A stretch of 63,319 nt of DNA, filler included. It is 10 parts of 10 records of this genome, joined end to end, with 100 filler letters (N's around TTAATTAATTAA, not from the genome) between each part and the next. Parts side by side here need not be neighbours in the genome. Positions count along the whole stretch, not along the records: positions 32,356 to 35,488 come from SRR20825010_1116; positions 35,589 to 40,453 come from SRR20825010_1118; positions 40,554 to 50,993 come from SRR20825010_1123; 7 more parts are not named here. One strand, given 5' to 3'. The position numbers were made by a program, and so were the translations under genes. Below are positions 33,271 to 43,600 of this stretch, piece after piece (the stretch's first letter is position 1; every line of letters begins with the position of its first letter). The notes under the pieces are model-generated. The model was not told where the DNA came from. It saw only the letters and a program-made list of their open reading frames with translations, and searched no databases.

Positions 33271-35488
33271 TCAGCCGTCGAAATGGGCGATCGCCTGATC
33301 AAGCGCAGGGCCGGGGATTTCCAGGAGAAACGGGCCGGAAACATAGACCAGCGCAGCGTCAATTCGCCGCCCCGGATAGAGAGGTGCAAGCAGCGCGCGG
33401 TAGATGGCCAGCTGGGCGACATGGCCCGTTGGCGGCTCTTCGCCGGGATCTGGCGCAAGCCCGGTCTTGTAGTCGATGATCAGGACACGGTCACCATCGA
33501 GCGCGATGCGGTCGATGCGGCCCGACACGGCTCGCTCTTCGCCCCTGATCCGCAAGGTGCCCATGACCGAGACCTCGGTTTCGCCGGGCGCATCGAAGAT
33601 CGGCGCGAAACGCGGATCCTGCAGGACCGCGAGCACCTGGGCCTCGATGGTCTCGGCCGTCGCAGCCTGGGCTTCGGGCAAGGCGCGCGCGAGGTAGCGC
33701 GAAAGCACAGTCTGGCGCTCGGCTTCCGGAACTGAAGGCAGGACCTGAAGCAGGCGGTGGATCATGCTGCCGCGTTCGAGCGCTGCAGCCGATTCGGCCT
33801 GGCCGGCGGCAAAGGGTGACCGGGACGCCACATCCGCGCTGTCCTCGAGCACTGCGCTGACACCCGAAGGCGCCAGCGGACGCGGCAAGCGCGCAGGCGG
33901 CGGCAGGGGATCGGACGGGATCGAGATCGCTGAGGTCGAAGGTGCCGGCGCCGGACCCATCGCCGTCGCGGCCGTGCCGGTCTTTGCCTCATCGGGTCGA
34001 ATGCGGTTGAAACGGCGGACTTCGAAAGCCTCGTCGCCTGCCCCATGCACCCCGTCCGTGACCATATAGCCGGCTTCGACGGCGGCCCGCTCCAGACCCG
34101 CCGCGGCCATCGAATGCCAAGTCGGTGTCTTGACCTCCCTGAGGCCACGGTATCCGCAGACCACCAGCCGGTCGGCGGCCCGGGTCAGCCCGACATAGAG
34201 CAGGCGGCGATATTCTTCCTCCGCCTGCTCGCGCATCTTCTCGCGGACCGGTGCTACCGCCTCGTTCTCATGGGTCTTGTCGGGAAGCCAGACGGGTATT
34301 GACGGCGCTTCCTCGCTTTTGGGGGCGGGCGGCAGCAGCCAGAGCCGGGGCTGATGGCTGTGCTGGAACGCTTCGCCGCCCGAATCCACCAGAAACACGA
34401 TCGGGGCTTCCAGCCCCTTGGCCGCATGCACGGTCATGATCCGCACCGCGCCGGACTGGCCTTCCATCTCGCGCTTGATTTCCGGCGTATCGGTTTCCAG
34501 CATGGCGAGGAATGACTGCAGACCGGGCAGGCCCGCCTGCTCGTGATCGAGCGTCAGGCCGAGAAACTCGTCGAGCACATCGCCGACCTCATGGCCGAGA
34601 CGGGAGAGATAGGCCTTGCGGCCGCCATCCGGTCCGAGCAGCTCGGCATAAAAATCATGCGGCGGCTGATGCGCCGACCGGGCTTTCCAGCGCTTGAGCT
34701 TCTCCACCGCCCGGGCAAGGCGCGGTTCGGCCTCCGCCAGTTCCTGCAACCGCCGCCAGACCGAAACTCCGTCCGACCGCTCGGCCGTCACCGCGAACAG
34801 GTCATCCTCATCCAGATCAAGGAGCGGGCTCTTGAACAGGGCGGCGAGCGAAAGATCATCGTCACCCAGCAGCACGAAGCGGCCGAGCGCCATCAGATCC
34901 TGAACCGCGATATGGTCGGTCAGGCGCAGGCGGTCGGCGCCGGCGACGGGAATGTCAGTGGTTGCCTTGAGCGTGCGCAGCAGCGTCGGCACGAATCCGT
35001 CGCGCTTCCTGACCAGCACCAGAATGTCGCCCGGCGCCACCGGCCGCATCCGTTTTGACTTCTGGTCCTCGATCAGCTCGTGACCGACCCAGCGGGACAG
35101 CACATTGGCGATGCGGCGGGCCAGACGGGCGGCGGGCGCGGTTTCCGGCACCTCGTCGAAGGCGGCGGTCCAGTCCTCGTCATTGCCGGCTTGTTCCTTG
35201 GCTATCATCGGCCAGACTTCGACCAGGCCCGGCGCCTGCATCCGCGCCGTCTCATGGATCACCGGCTCATCGGCGGAGCCCATGCCGCGCAGCGCGTCCG
35301 CTTCGGCAAAGACATGGTCGACGAGCTTGAGCACCTCGGTGGAAGAGCGGAAGGAGACGCGCAGCGAGACCTCGGCGAACTCTGCATCCGCCGCCCGCGC
35401 GAGTTTCGCAATCCGGCTGCGTTCCTCGGCGAACCGCTCGGGCCGGGCGCCCTGGAACGAATAGATCGACTGCTTTTCGTCGCCGACG
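33271..35488 (-). CDS. addA: double-strand break repair helicase/nuclease AddA, 5' truncated
   Basis: VGDEKQSIYSFQGA at edge, MTVHAAKGLE, YVGLTRA, GRIDR...IDYKT. Confidence 0.95.
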
Positions 35489-35588
35489 NNNNNNNNNNNN
35501 NNNNNNNNNNNNNNNNNNNNNNNNNNNNNNNNTTAATTAATTAANNNNNNNNNNNNNNNNNNNNNNNNNNNNNNNNNNNNNNNNNNNN

Positions 35589-36565
35589 GCGATACACAGT
35601 TCGCGGAAGTCGGCACGAAAGGCTAACGAAGTGGGTAGGACATAAGTATCGGACAGATTGCGGTTGGCGAAACTGCGCCCGGCCAGGAGAATGCACGACG
35701 CGGAACGCCACCGCTAGCCTTCGCCATTTGCTCCGCTCCCTGTTCGGAAATTGGGAACCAAGGAACTCCATTTACCGGATCGATGGATCCCAAGCGGGGC
35801 GACGTCCTAGCGAAAATCCAAGATCAGAAAAGGGTGCCTTCTGGCGCCACCGCGGTTCCAGACAATGAATCGAGAAAACAGTAACGACGCCAAACGATTG
35901 AGATCCGAAGTCCTTGAAACCAAACGTTCAAATCCCCATATCTATGGGGTCTATGCAGGGCATCCCCGCCGCACGATGAAGTTCCATAGATCGCCATTCA
36001 GGCATTTACCAGCGAACGCCCCAACTGACCTCCCAGCTAGCCGCTAACCAATCTCTGACCAGTAACGCGAACGTCGATACCCGTCACGTAGACGACGTGC
36101 CTCTTCCTGTCATGGAATGCGAACCATAGCGGACTTGATTACAACGGCTAAGCCCTTATCCCACTGGGGCACTATGAGGTATCCGCAACCGCCCGGAAGA
36201 TCGATGCGCAAGCTCCCCTGGTAGAGAATACCTGGACGCCAGCACTCGGTTGTCGCCGGACTACAAAGGACCCCAAAAAGATCGCGGCACCGTATTGGGA
36301 AATACGACCGCGTGTCGCGTGCCGGTTGGAGTTAAGCCGGACGCGATGATGTGACGGCGCTACGGCGTCTTCGCTAACCGGATGGAGCTGAAAGGCTCGG
36401 GATTCGGAGTTTATGGGCAGGTTACACATCCCACCTGTCCGCCCTGACAAGGCTAAGCTCTCCAACACTGTCGATGCAGTTACGACATAATCCTCCTTTC
36501 AAAGCAAATTACACCTCTTGTCGTGCCATTTCCTTTGCAGGGGGGAAAGTCAATCCTCTGCAGTT
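35589..36565 (+). ncRNA. candidate large structured non-coding RNA (unassigned family, 5' end beyond contig edge)
   Basis: no convincing ORF over about 1 kb; run of hairpins whose GNRA/UNCG loops and G-U pairs work on the + strand; 3' hairpin at 36535-36563. Confidence 0.4.
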
Positions 36566-36624
36566 ATTCAATTCGATACGGTCAACTGACACGATTTAAA
36601 CGACAACGAGCAAAGAAGCGTGGG

Positions 36625-37374
36625 TTAGAAGCAGCGATTCGGTTCCACCCTCTCCCAGCCGAGCAGGTGTTCGTTCTCGTCCAGCCAGGCCTTCCGCTCC
36701 TCCCAGTCCGGCAGGATCTGCCCGACCAGGGTCCAGAACTCCGGCGCGTGATTGCGGTGCTTGAGGTGGCACATCTCGTGGACGACGGCGTATTCGAGCA
36801 CCGGCTTCGGTGCGAAGATCAGGTGCCAGTTAAGATTGATCTGCCTGTCCTGGCCGCAGCTGCCCCACATGTGCTTCTGCTCCTTGACCTGGATGCCGCG
36901 GGGCTTCAGGCGGTTCGGCTCGCCATGCCGGCGGACGAAGGTCTTGGCGTCATCCCGCACGCGGCGCTTCAACCACAGGCGCAGCGCCATCTCGATCAAC
37001 GCGTCGGCAGAGCCAGGCGAGAGCGCTTCCGGCTTGCGGATCTGGAACCCGTTGCGAAAGGCGACCTCGACGAGGTTGCCGTCGAAGGGCTCGATGCTCA
37101 TCCTGGTCATCCGGCCGCGATAGGGGATCTTCGCTCCGGTGACAAACTGGTAGACCCTAGTCTGCGACTTCGCCCGTTCCTGCATGTGCGTGACGGTCTC
37201 AAGGATCCAGGCGCGGCGGCGTTGCAGAACCGCCTCGATCTGGCTCTCGGTCGCCGCATCCGGGACAAGCAGCTCGAATGACTTCGGCGTGACACTGAGG
37301 CTCGCCTTGCTGGCCTTTGAGGAGCGCCGGAGCGTGTATTCGATCTCGCGCTCACCGATCTGGAACACCGGCAT
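36625..37374 (-). CDS. M48-like / YgjP (DUF45) zinc-dependent hydrolase
   Basis: WGSC, YAVVHEMCH (HExxH), NH...FW; starts 2 nt after the hsdR stop. Confidence 0.9.
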   Translation of the reverse strand: MPVFQIGEREIEYTLRRSSKASKASLSVTPKSFELLVPDAATESQIEAVLQRRRAWILETVTHMQERAKSQTRVYQFVTGAKIPYRGRMTRMSIEPFDGNLVEVAFRNGFQIRKPEALSPGSADALIEMALRLWLKRRVRDDAKTFVRRHGEPNRLKPRGIQVKEQKHMWGSCGQDRQINLNWHLIFAPKPVLEYAVVHEMCHLKHRNHAPEFWTLVGQILPDWEERKAWLDENEHLLGWERVEPNRCF

Positions 37375-37376
37375 GG

Positions 37377-40300
37377 CTAGTGCCCCGCGAAGTGCTTGAG
37401 CGCGTAGGCTTCGACCTGGTCCGGGATCTCCCTGAGCTCGGTCAGGCCGGCCAGATGCGCCATGGCGCGGACCTGTTGACGCAGGCTCTTGCGCAGGCCG
37501 TCCTTCTCCCACCATCCGGCCGGTGCGGTCGCCGGGTCGGTGTAGAGGCCCTCCAGGCGGATCGCGAGGTCTTCCCCATCCGCGCCGGCATCAAAGTCGT
37601 TGAGGATCTGCAGGATGCCGTAAGCGCCTGGTGAAAGACCGGCATCGACATGCGCCTCGTCTTCCGCGGCGATATCCCTGGCCAGCTCCTCGGCCGCCCT
37701 TAGCTTGTCCGACCAGCTCAGCTGCGCGCTTTCGAGCTTCTCCAGCAGCTGGCGCAGGCGCTCGGAGAACTTGCCGTATTGGTGCGGGCTGGCGTCGATG
37801 CGTTCGCTGACGGTCTTCCTCAGCTCCGTCGTCTTGCGGATCGCGGCCGTCATCAGGTCTTCCTCGGACTTGCCGTCGGTGTCGAAGTCCTCCCAGAAAT
37901 CCGGATCGGTGATGTGACGGAGCTTGACCGTGACGCTAAGCCCCGTCGCCTCCAGGTGCTGGTTCAGCATCTCGCGGATCTTCTCGCTGTAGTTCATCTG
38001 GTCGAAGGCCTGGCGCTTCTCGAAATGCTGGGTGCCGTAGAGCAGGAAGGTCGCCACCCATTTCAGGTCTGCCGTGAACTCCAGCACGCTCGGATCCGGG
38101 CTCAGCGTCTCGTAGAGCGCGATGAAGCTGCGCGCCCGCGCCTTGAACTCGAACCACTTGTCCTCGCTGCCCAGGGCCTTGATGAAGGCGTCGAACTCCC
38201 CCTTCAGACCGTCCTTGTCGGACGCCTTGCGCTTGACCGGCTTCAGCATCACGGTCACCGCGGCATGGGCCGTGCGCAGCTGGTTTCTGAGATCGTCGAG
38301 GTCGCGCATGGCGTTCTTCACGTCATCAGCGCGGTAGCTGGCAAGCGCCTCCTCCAGGTTCGCCGAGACGCCGATGTAATCCACGATGAGACCGTTGCGC
38401 TTCTTCGGGTCGGAGACGCGGTTGGTGCGGGCAATCGCCTGCAGCAGGCCGTGCTCCTTCAGCGGCTTGTCGAGATACATCACGCTTTCGATCGGGCAGT
38501 CGAAGCCGGTGAGCAGCTTGTCGCAGACGATAAGAAACTGCGGATCCTCGCCCTTGCGCCCGAATGCCTGCTTCACCTGTTTCTCGGCTTCGGCGTCGAC
38601 ATAATGCGCCTTCAGCCCGTTGCGGATCGCCTGCCTGTGCGCGTCCTCGCTCGGCTTGCCGTCTTCCTGGTTGATCGAATAGACGCAGGCCGACATGGCG
38701 TCGGCACGCGCCAGCGCCGCCGCGGCGTCCAGGCCCCCGGCTTGCAGATCCTCGGCGATCGCGCGTGTCAGCGCCTGCTTGTAGAGGATCACCGCCTCGC
38801 GATCGATGGCGACGATCTGCGCCTTGAAACCGTCCGGCTGCGCATAGGCCTTGAAATGGGTCCAGATGTCGTAGGCGATCAGCTCGATCCGTCTCGGATG
38901 CTTGACCAGGTCCTCGATCCGCACCCCGCGCTTCTTGATCTCGTTGAGCTTGTCGTCGTCCAGTTCGGCAAACCAGGTGTCGAACAGGATATCGATCTTC
39001 GCCTCGTCGATGTGCCAGTCGGTCTTGCGGCCGGTGTAATAGATCGGCACCGTCGCGCCGTCGGCCACCGCGTCATCGATGCCGTATTTGTCGAGATAGC
39101 TCTCGCCGACTACGCCGAAATTGGCATAGGTGTCCTTGTCGTCCTTCTTTACCGGCGTGCCGGTAAAGCCGAAGAAGCGGGCATCGGGCAAGGTCGCGCG
39201 CAGATAGGCGCCGAGATCCTTTTCCTGGGTGCGATGCGCCTCGTCCACCATGACGATCCAGTTCCCGGAGTTCTCGATTGCCTCCTTCGACCCCTGGAAC
39301 TTGAAGATGGTCGACAGCGCCGTGTGCCCGTCCTTGCCGCTGCGGATCAGGGCATGCAGGTCCTTGATGCTGTCGATCGTCGTCGGGTTGGGCAATCCGC
39401 AGGCGACAAACGTGCCGCTGATCTGCGTGTGCAGGTCGACGCGGTCGGTCAACACCAGGATGTTCGGGTTGGTCAGCGCCTCGGATTGTATCGTCCGGTG
39501 CGTCTTCAGCTTCAGCGCGGCAAACACCATGGTCAGCGACTTGCCACTGCCCTGGGTGTGCCAGATCAGCCCCTGGCGGTGCTTGCCCTCCAGCACGCGC
39601 TCGACGATGCGGTTGACGGCGCGGAACTGCTGGTAGCGGCAGATCTTCTTGACCGTGCCGCTCTCGGTCTTCTCGAACACCACGTAATGGGCGATGAGAT
39701 CGAGCAGCCGGCCCGGCTCCAGCAGGCACCAGAGCCCCTTGGCCAGGCTGTCGGTGAAGTCGGCCTCGCTCTTCGGCCAGGGGTCGCGCCATTCGCCGAA
39801 ATATTTGGAACTGGCGCCGGTGGCGCCATAAAGCACCAGCGCCCCGTCGGTGACGATGTTGAAGAGGTTGGAGAAGAACAGGCGCGGAATGTCGCGCTCA
39901 TACTGCCTTATCTGCTCGAAGGCCTCGCCGGTCTTGTCCTTGATGTTGAGCGGGCTCTTGGCCTCGATCACCACCAGCGGAATGCCGTTGACATAGACCA
40001 CCAGATCCGGCCGGCGCGTATTCTCCGCCTTCACGCGCAACTGATTGGTCACGCTGAACCGGTTGTTGCCGGGGTCGAGAAAATCGATCACCCGTAGCGT
40101 CTGCCGCGTGTCCTGGCCGGAGACCTTGCGACTGTAGTCGCCGCGCAGCACCTTCAGCCAGGTCTCGTTGTCGCTGATCGCGGCCAGCTCGCCATAGGCA
40201 GCCTCGGCGGACGGCCGATCGATCCCGTTGATCCGCATCAGCGCCTCGATCAGGTGCGGGCGGAACAGAACCTGGTTCTCGCCCTCCCGCAAACCTGCAT

Positions 40301-40391
40301 GCTCGGCCATCGGCACGAAGCCGTAGCCCATTGCTTGCAGGTGCTCGATGGTCGGTCGCTCGGCGAAATGCCACTCGGGGCCTTGGCTCAT
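37377..40391 (-). CDS. hsdR: type I restriction endonuclease subunit R
   Basis: RPDLVVYVNGIPLVVIEAK nuclease motif, TQGSGKS, DEAHR, FTGTP, LLTGFD, QAIARTNR. Confidence 0.96.
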   Translation of the reverse strand: MSQGPEWHFAERPTIEHLQAMGYGFVPMAEHAGLREGENQVLFRPHLIEALMRINGIDRPSAEAAYGELAAISDNETWLKVLRGDYSRKVSGQDTRQTLRVIDFLDPGNNRFSVTNQLRVKAENTRRPDLVVYVNGIPLVVIEAKSPLNIKDKTGEAFEQIRQYERDIPRLFFSNLFNIVTDGALVLYGATGASSKYFGEWRDPWPKSEADFTDSLAKGLWCLLEPGRLLDLIAHYVVFEKTESGTVKKICRYQQFRAVNRIVERVLEGKHRQGLIWHTQGSGKSLTMVFAALKLKTHRTIQSEALTNPNILVLTDRVDLHTQISGTFVACGLPNPTTIDSIKDLHALIRSGKDGHTALSTIFKFQGSKEAIENSGNWIVMVDEAHRTQEKDLGAYLRATLPDARFFGFTGTPVKKDDKDTYANFGVVGESYLDKYGIDDAVADGATVPIYYTGRKTDWHIDEAKIDILFDTWFAELDDDKLNEIKKRGVRIEDLVKHPRRIELIAYDIWTHFKAYAQPDGFKAQIVAIDREAVILYKQALTRAIAEDLQAGGLDAAAALARADAMSACVYSINQEDGKPSEDAHRQAIRNGLKAHYVDAEAEKQVKQAFGRKGEDPQFLIVCDKLLTGFDCPIESVMYLDKPLKEHGLLQAIARTNRVSDPKKRNGLIVDYIGVSANLEEALASYRADDVKNAMRDLDDLRNQLRTAHAAVTVMLKPVKRKASDKDGLKGEFDAFIKALGSEDKWFEFKARARSFIALYETLSPDPSVLEFTADLKWVATFLLYGTQHFEKRQAFDQMNYSEKIREMLNQHLEATGLSVTVKLRHITDPDFWEDFDTDGKSEEDLMTAAIRKTTELRKTVSERIDASPHQYGKFSERLRQLLEKLESAQLSWSDKLRAAEELARDIAAEDEAHVDAGLSPGAYGILQILNDFDAGADGEDLAIRLEGLYTDPATAPAGWWEKDGLRKSLRQQVRAMAHLAGLTELREIPDQVEAYALKHFAGH

Positions 40392-40398
40392 GGTGCGA

Positions 40399-40452
40399 TC
40401 ACTCCGCTGCCATGGGCACGACGTCCGGCACACGCTTGCGGCCTGTGAAAAG
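40399..40452 (-). CDS. hsdS: probable type I R-M specificity subunit, last 17 codons
   Basis: hand translation LFTGRKRVPDVVPMAAE*, like HsdS C-termini (LLTG..RV); stop 7 nt before hsdR. Confidence 0.6.
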   Translation of the reverse strand, partial: LFTGRKRVPDVVPMAAE

Positions 40453-40682
40453 GNNNNNNNNNNNNNNNNNNNNNNNNNNNNNNNNNNNNNNNNNNNNTTA
40501 ATTAATTAANNNNNNNNNNNNNNNNNNNNNNNNNNNNNNNNNNNNNNNNNNNNTCCCAAAAGATGTGGGGTACAAAAAGGCTTACAGCCTGTGATGGATC
40601 CCCCACAATCTAGAAGCCTGAGCCAGACTTTACTCAAACGGCCCCACTCTTCACCAAACGATCGAAACCGTTGAGTTCTCTC

Positions 40683-43600
40683 TCACCGATCTTCGAACGG
40701 TTCCTTCAAACCTTCCACGATGCCGACACGTTGATTGACATCAATGGGCTTGCTGTCGATCGCGTTCCATCGCTGAACTTCCCCGCTTGGCCATTGCACG
40801 GCAATGGAATCTAGCGTGGCAACGTCACCCAGGCCAAAATGCAAAATGGCTTCGTTGCGACAGGCGTAGCCATCTCCCGCCGTGACCGCACTTGTCCAAA
40901 CTTGGGCCCCCGCGGTCAACTCGATGTGAGCCCCAATGGCATCCCGCTCGGATCGTGTGCCAACCAGTCGCAACTGGATGTAGTTGCCAACGGCCTCCGT
41001 TTCGTTTCGCAACAGTTCCGCCGCGGAATCCGCGCAAGTCACAACCGCGTCCAGACGCCCATCGCGATCGAAGTCGCATGTCGCCACACCACGACCAAGA
41101 CGTTCACGTTCCCACTGGCCGTCGGGATCGTCCATTTCTGCAAGCTCAAAACGTTTGCCTTGATTGACCAACAACTGCGTCTTCATCCGGAAGGGTGTCC
41201 CACGGTCGGTCAAATCCTCGACGTGCCCGTTGGCAACTAACAAATCAATCCAGCCGTTGTTGTCGTAGTCCAAACCCTGCACGCCGAACCCAGTCGTGCG
41301 TGACGTCAATTGATCGATTCCAAACGCGACTGCACGATCAGTGAACATGCCCGAGCTGGTTTGGCAAAAATGATTGGCCCATTCGTTGTAGAAATTACTG
41401 ACATGCAAATCCAGTTTCTGATCGCGATTGAAGTCCGCCATCGCAATGCCCATGCAAGCGTTCTTGTCTCCTCCTGGCCCAACCGCGACGCCTCGTATCG
41501 CGGCTTGGTTTCGCCATTCTTGCTCCCCGTTTGCATCGCCAGCTTGAAACCAAAAGTGGTTGGCTCGTTGATCATTCGCGACAAAGATTTCGTTCCCTGG
41601 CTGCTGGTCCATGTCGGCGATCATCACGCCCATGCCTGTGCTGCGAGATTGCTCTGAATCGCCCAATGATTGTCGCCGTCCTGCACCCTTTCCGTTGGAA
41701 ACCAACACCTCACTCAATGCCGGTTGGAAATGCAAAGGCCCCGGCAACTTGACCGGCGTCCCATCCGGTGTTCTTTCGATCGGCTTTCGGACCGCAGAAT
41801 CATCGACGTAATTGATTTCCACGATATCCGGCAGTTGATCCCCGGTCACATCAGCAATCGCAGCGGAAAGGGTGAACGATTCGGATGACACCGACTCTGT
41901 TTCGCTTAGTTCCGAAAGCAGGTGTTTTTCAAACGTCCCGTCGGCTTGATTGATCAACAATGCGTTTTCGCCAAAGTTGGCCAGCAAAAGATCCGGCCAA
42001 CCGTCTTGGTTCCAGTCGCCGGCGGTCACCCCATGCCCGTACCCGCGATCATCACTCATCGAAACATCGACGATGTTCGTGAACTTTCCGTCCAATTGAC
42101 GATACAACGCATTGGGCTTCACACCCGAATGCGTGGTCGCCTCGCCGGCGGCTTGATTGAAGTAAAAATCAACTCGTCCATCCGCGTCGAAATCCAAACA
42201 AGCCACCCCGCCACCCAAAGGCTCGTGCAGTCGAAATTCCGACTCAACTGGATCAACCGCATTGAACCACTGAAATTGGATGCCCACCTCTGACGCCACA
42301 TCCACCAAGCGAGCCTGGGTCGATTCGATGCTGGTTGGCGGTGGATTGCCGGTCGCAGTTTCGCTGCGTGTTCGCATGGCGAGTGCTTCCATCCATACGG
42401 AACTTTGATCCGCAAACCTCTCGGGGACCAATCCCACCAACAAGACTCGTTCGTCGATCCCTTTGGGGTGTTTCGTGAACGTTTCCTGCGTTGTTCGCCT
42501 GAGGGTGCTCCAGTCCTTGATCGGATGCATGGACGCCAGAAGCGATTGCCAACCCAGCGATTCCCCGAGACAACCTTGCTTCCAAAGCAAGTCCGCCAAA
42601 CGGTCAAACATCTCTGCTTGCTCCTCTCGCGACATTGGGCTGGATTGTGCGTTCCAAAGTTGATTCGCGAGCCACTGAGTCTCGTCCAATTGCAGCAATC
42701 GCTCGCTAAGACGTTCGCGAGCATCCTTGAGCGAACCTTCCCTCACAGAAACGACCTTCGACTCGGCGTCCAAAACTTCCAATGTGGCAGAAAGGCTATC
42801 CCAGGCGACTTGGCTATGCGGTTCGCGACGGATTGCTTCTAAGAAACAGCGAGCCGCAAAGTCGTTTCGGCGACTGAGAGTTGCTGGCTTCACGTCCGTT
42901 TGCGATGCGAGCACTCCATCGCGCAGTGCGGTGCCCCATGACAACCAATAGGCCGGGTAACGACGAAGCCGCTTAGCGTCCGTCTCAATCGCCCAATCAA
43001 TCCACTGGGATTCTTGCTGAGCCGACGCATACAACCAACCGAGCATCGCGACGGCGGCGGGATCATTGCGTTTGATTTCGTCATTGGTCGTCAACACATC
43101 GATGGCTTCCTGCAAATCGCCACGACTGCGAAGCGCGGCGACAACGCTCAGCACTCCTTTGCGATCCACCGCGTCTCGGTCTTTGATATCCGGCTTGGAT
43201 TCAAAATTGACCTGAGGCCGATGCGGGTAAATCAACCCGATCAATTCCGGTGGACTCAAGCCGACTCGTCCGGCCAGCAATCGGTATTGCTCGTTGGCAT
43301 CAAAGCGGTAACCGCGTTGAGCCAGCAAACCGGCGTAGTCTCGTCGCAACTCTACATTCTGCGGATGATCCTGAATCAATTCGCGTAGCCGCCTCATCGC
43401 TTCGCTCGCATCGCCTGCTTCAAAAGCCAAGCTGGCGGCCTGCGATGCGAGTGCGACTTCGTCGGCTGGTTTGGTTGCGATCAACTCATCCAACAACTTG
43501 ATCGCTTCCGCTGGTCGACCATCTCGAACCTGCTGAGCAATCTGTTCTCGTATGCTGAACGGTTCGTTGACGACGGGCTTGGGTTCCTCGTTCGGAACGA

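Noticed and set aside
32358-35488. addA-trxA-folC arrangement
   Set aside because: Standard conserved alphaproteobacterial gene order
36105-36170. tRNA-like fragment on the minus strand (GCCCC...TTGTAATC...ATGGTTCGCATTCCAT)
   Set aside because: A T-arm-like hairpin exists but the anticodon and acceptor stems do not pair and there is no CCA end
35865-36468. Short ORFs in the non-coding region (35865-36047 +, 36172-36468 -)
   Set aside because: No convincing RBS, atypical composition and no motifs
36422-36529. Stop-interrupted minus-strand frame MARQEV*FALKGGLCRNC resembling the start of an HNH nuclease
   Set aside because: Only a CxxC within a short stretch with several stops and no downstream HNH residues; kept only as an alternative explanation for the non-coding region
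37779-40097. 772-aa ORF antisense to hsdR
   Set aside because: Mirror of GC-biased codon usage; no recognisable domain
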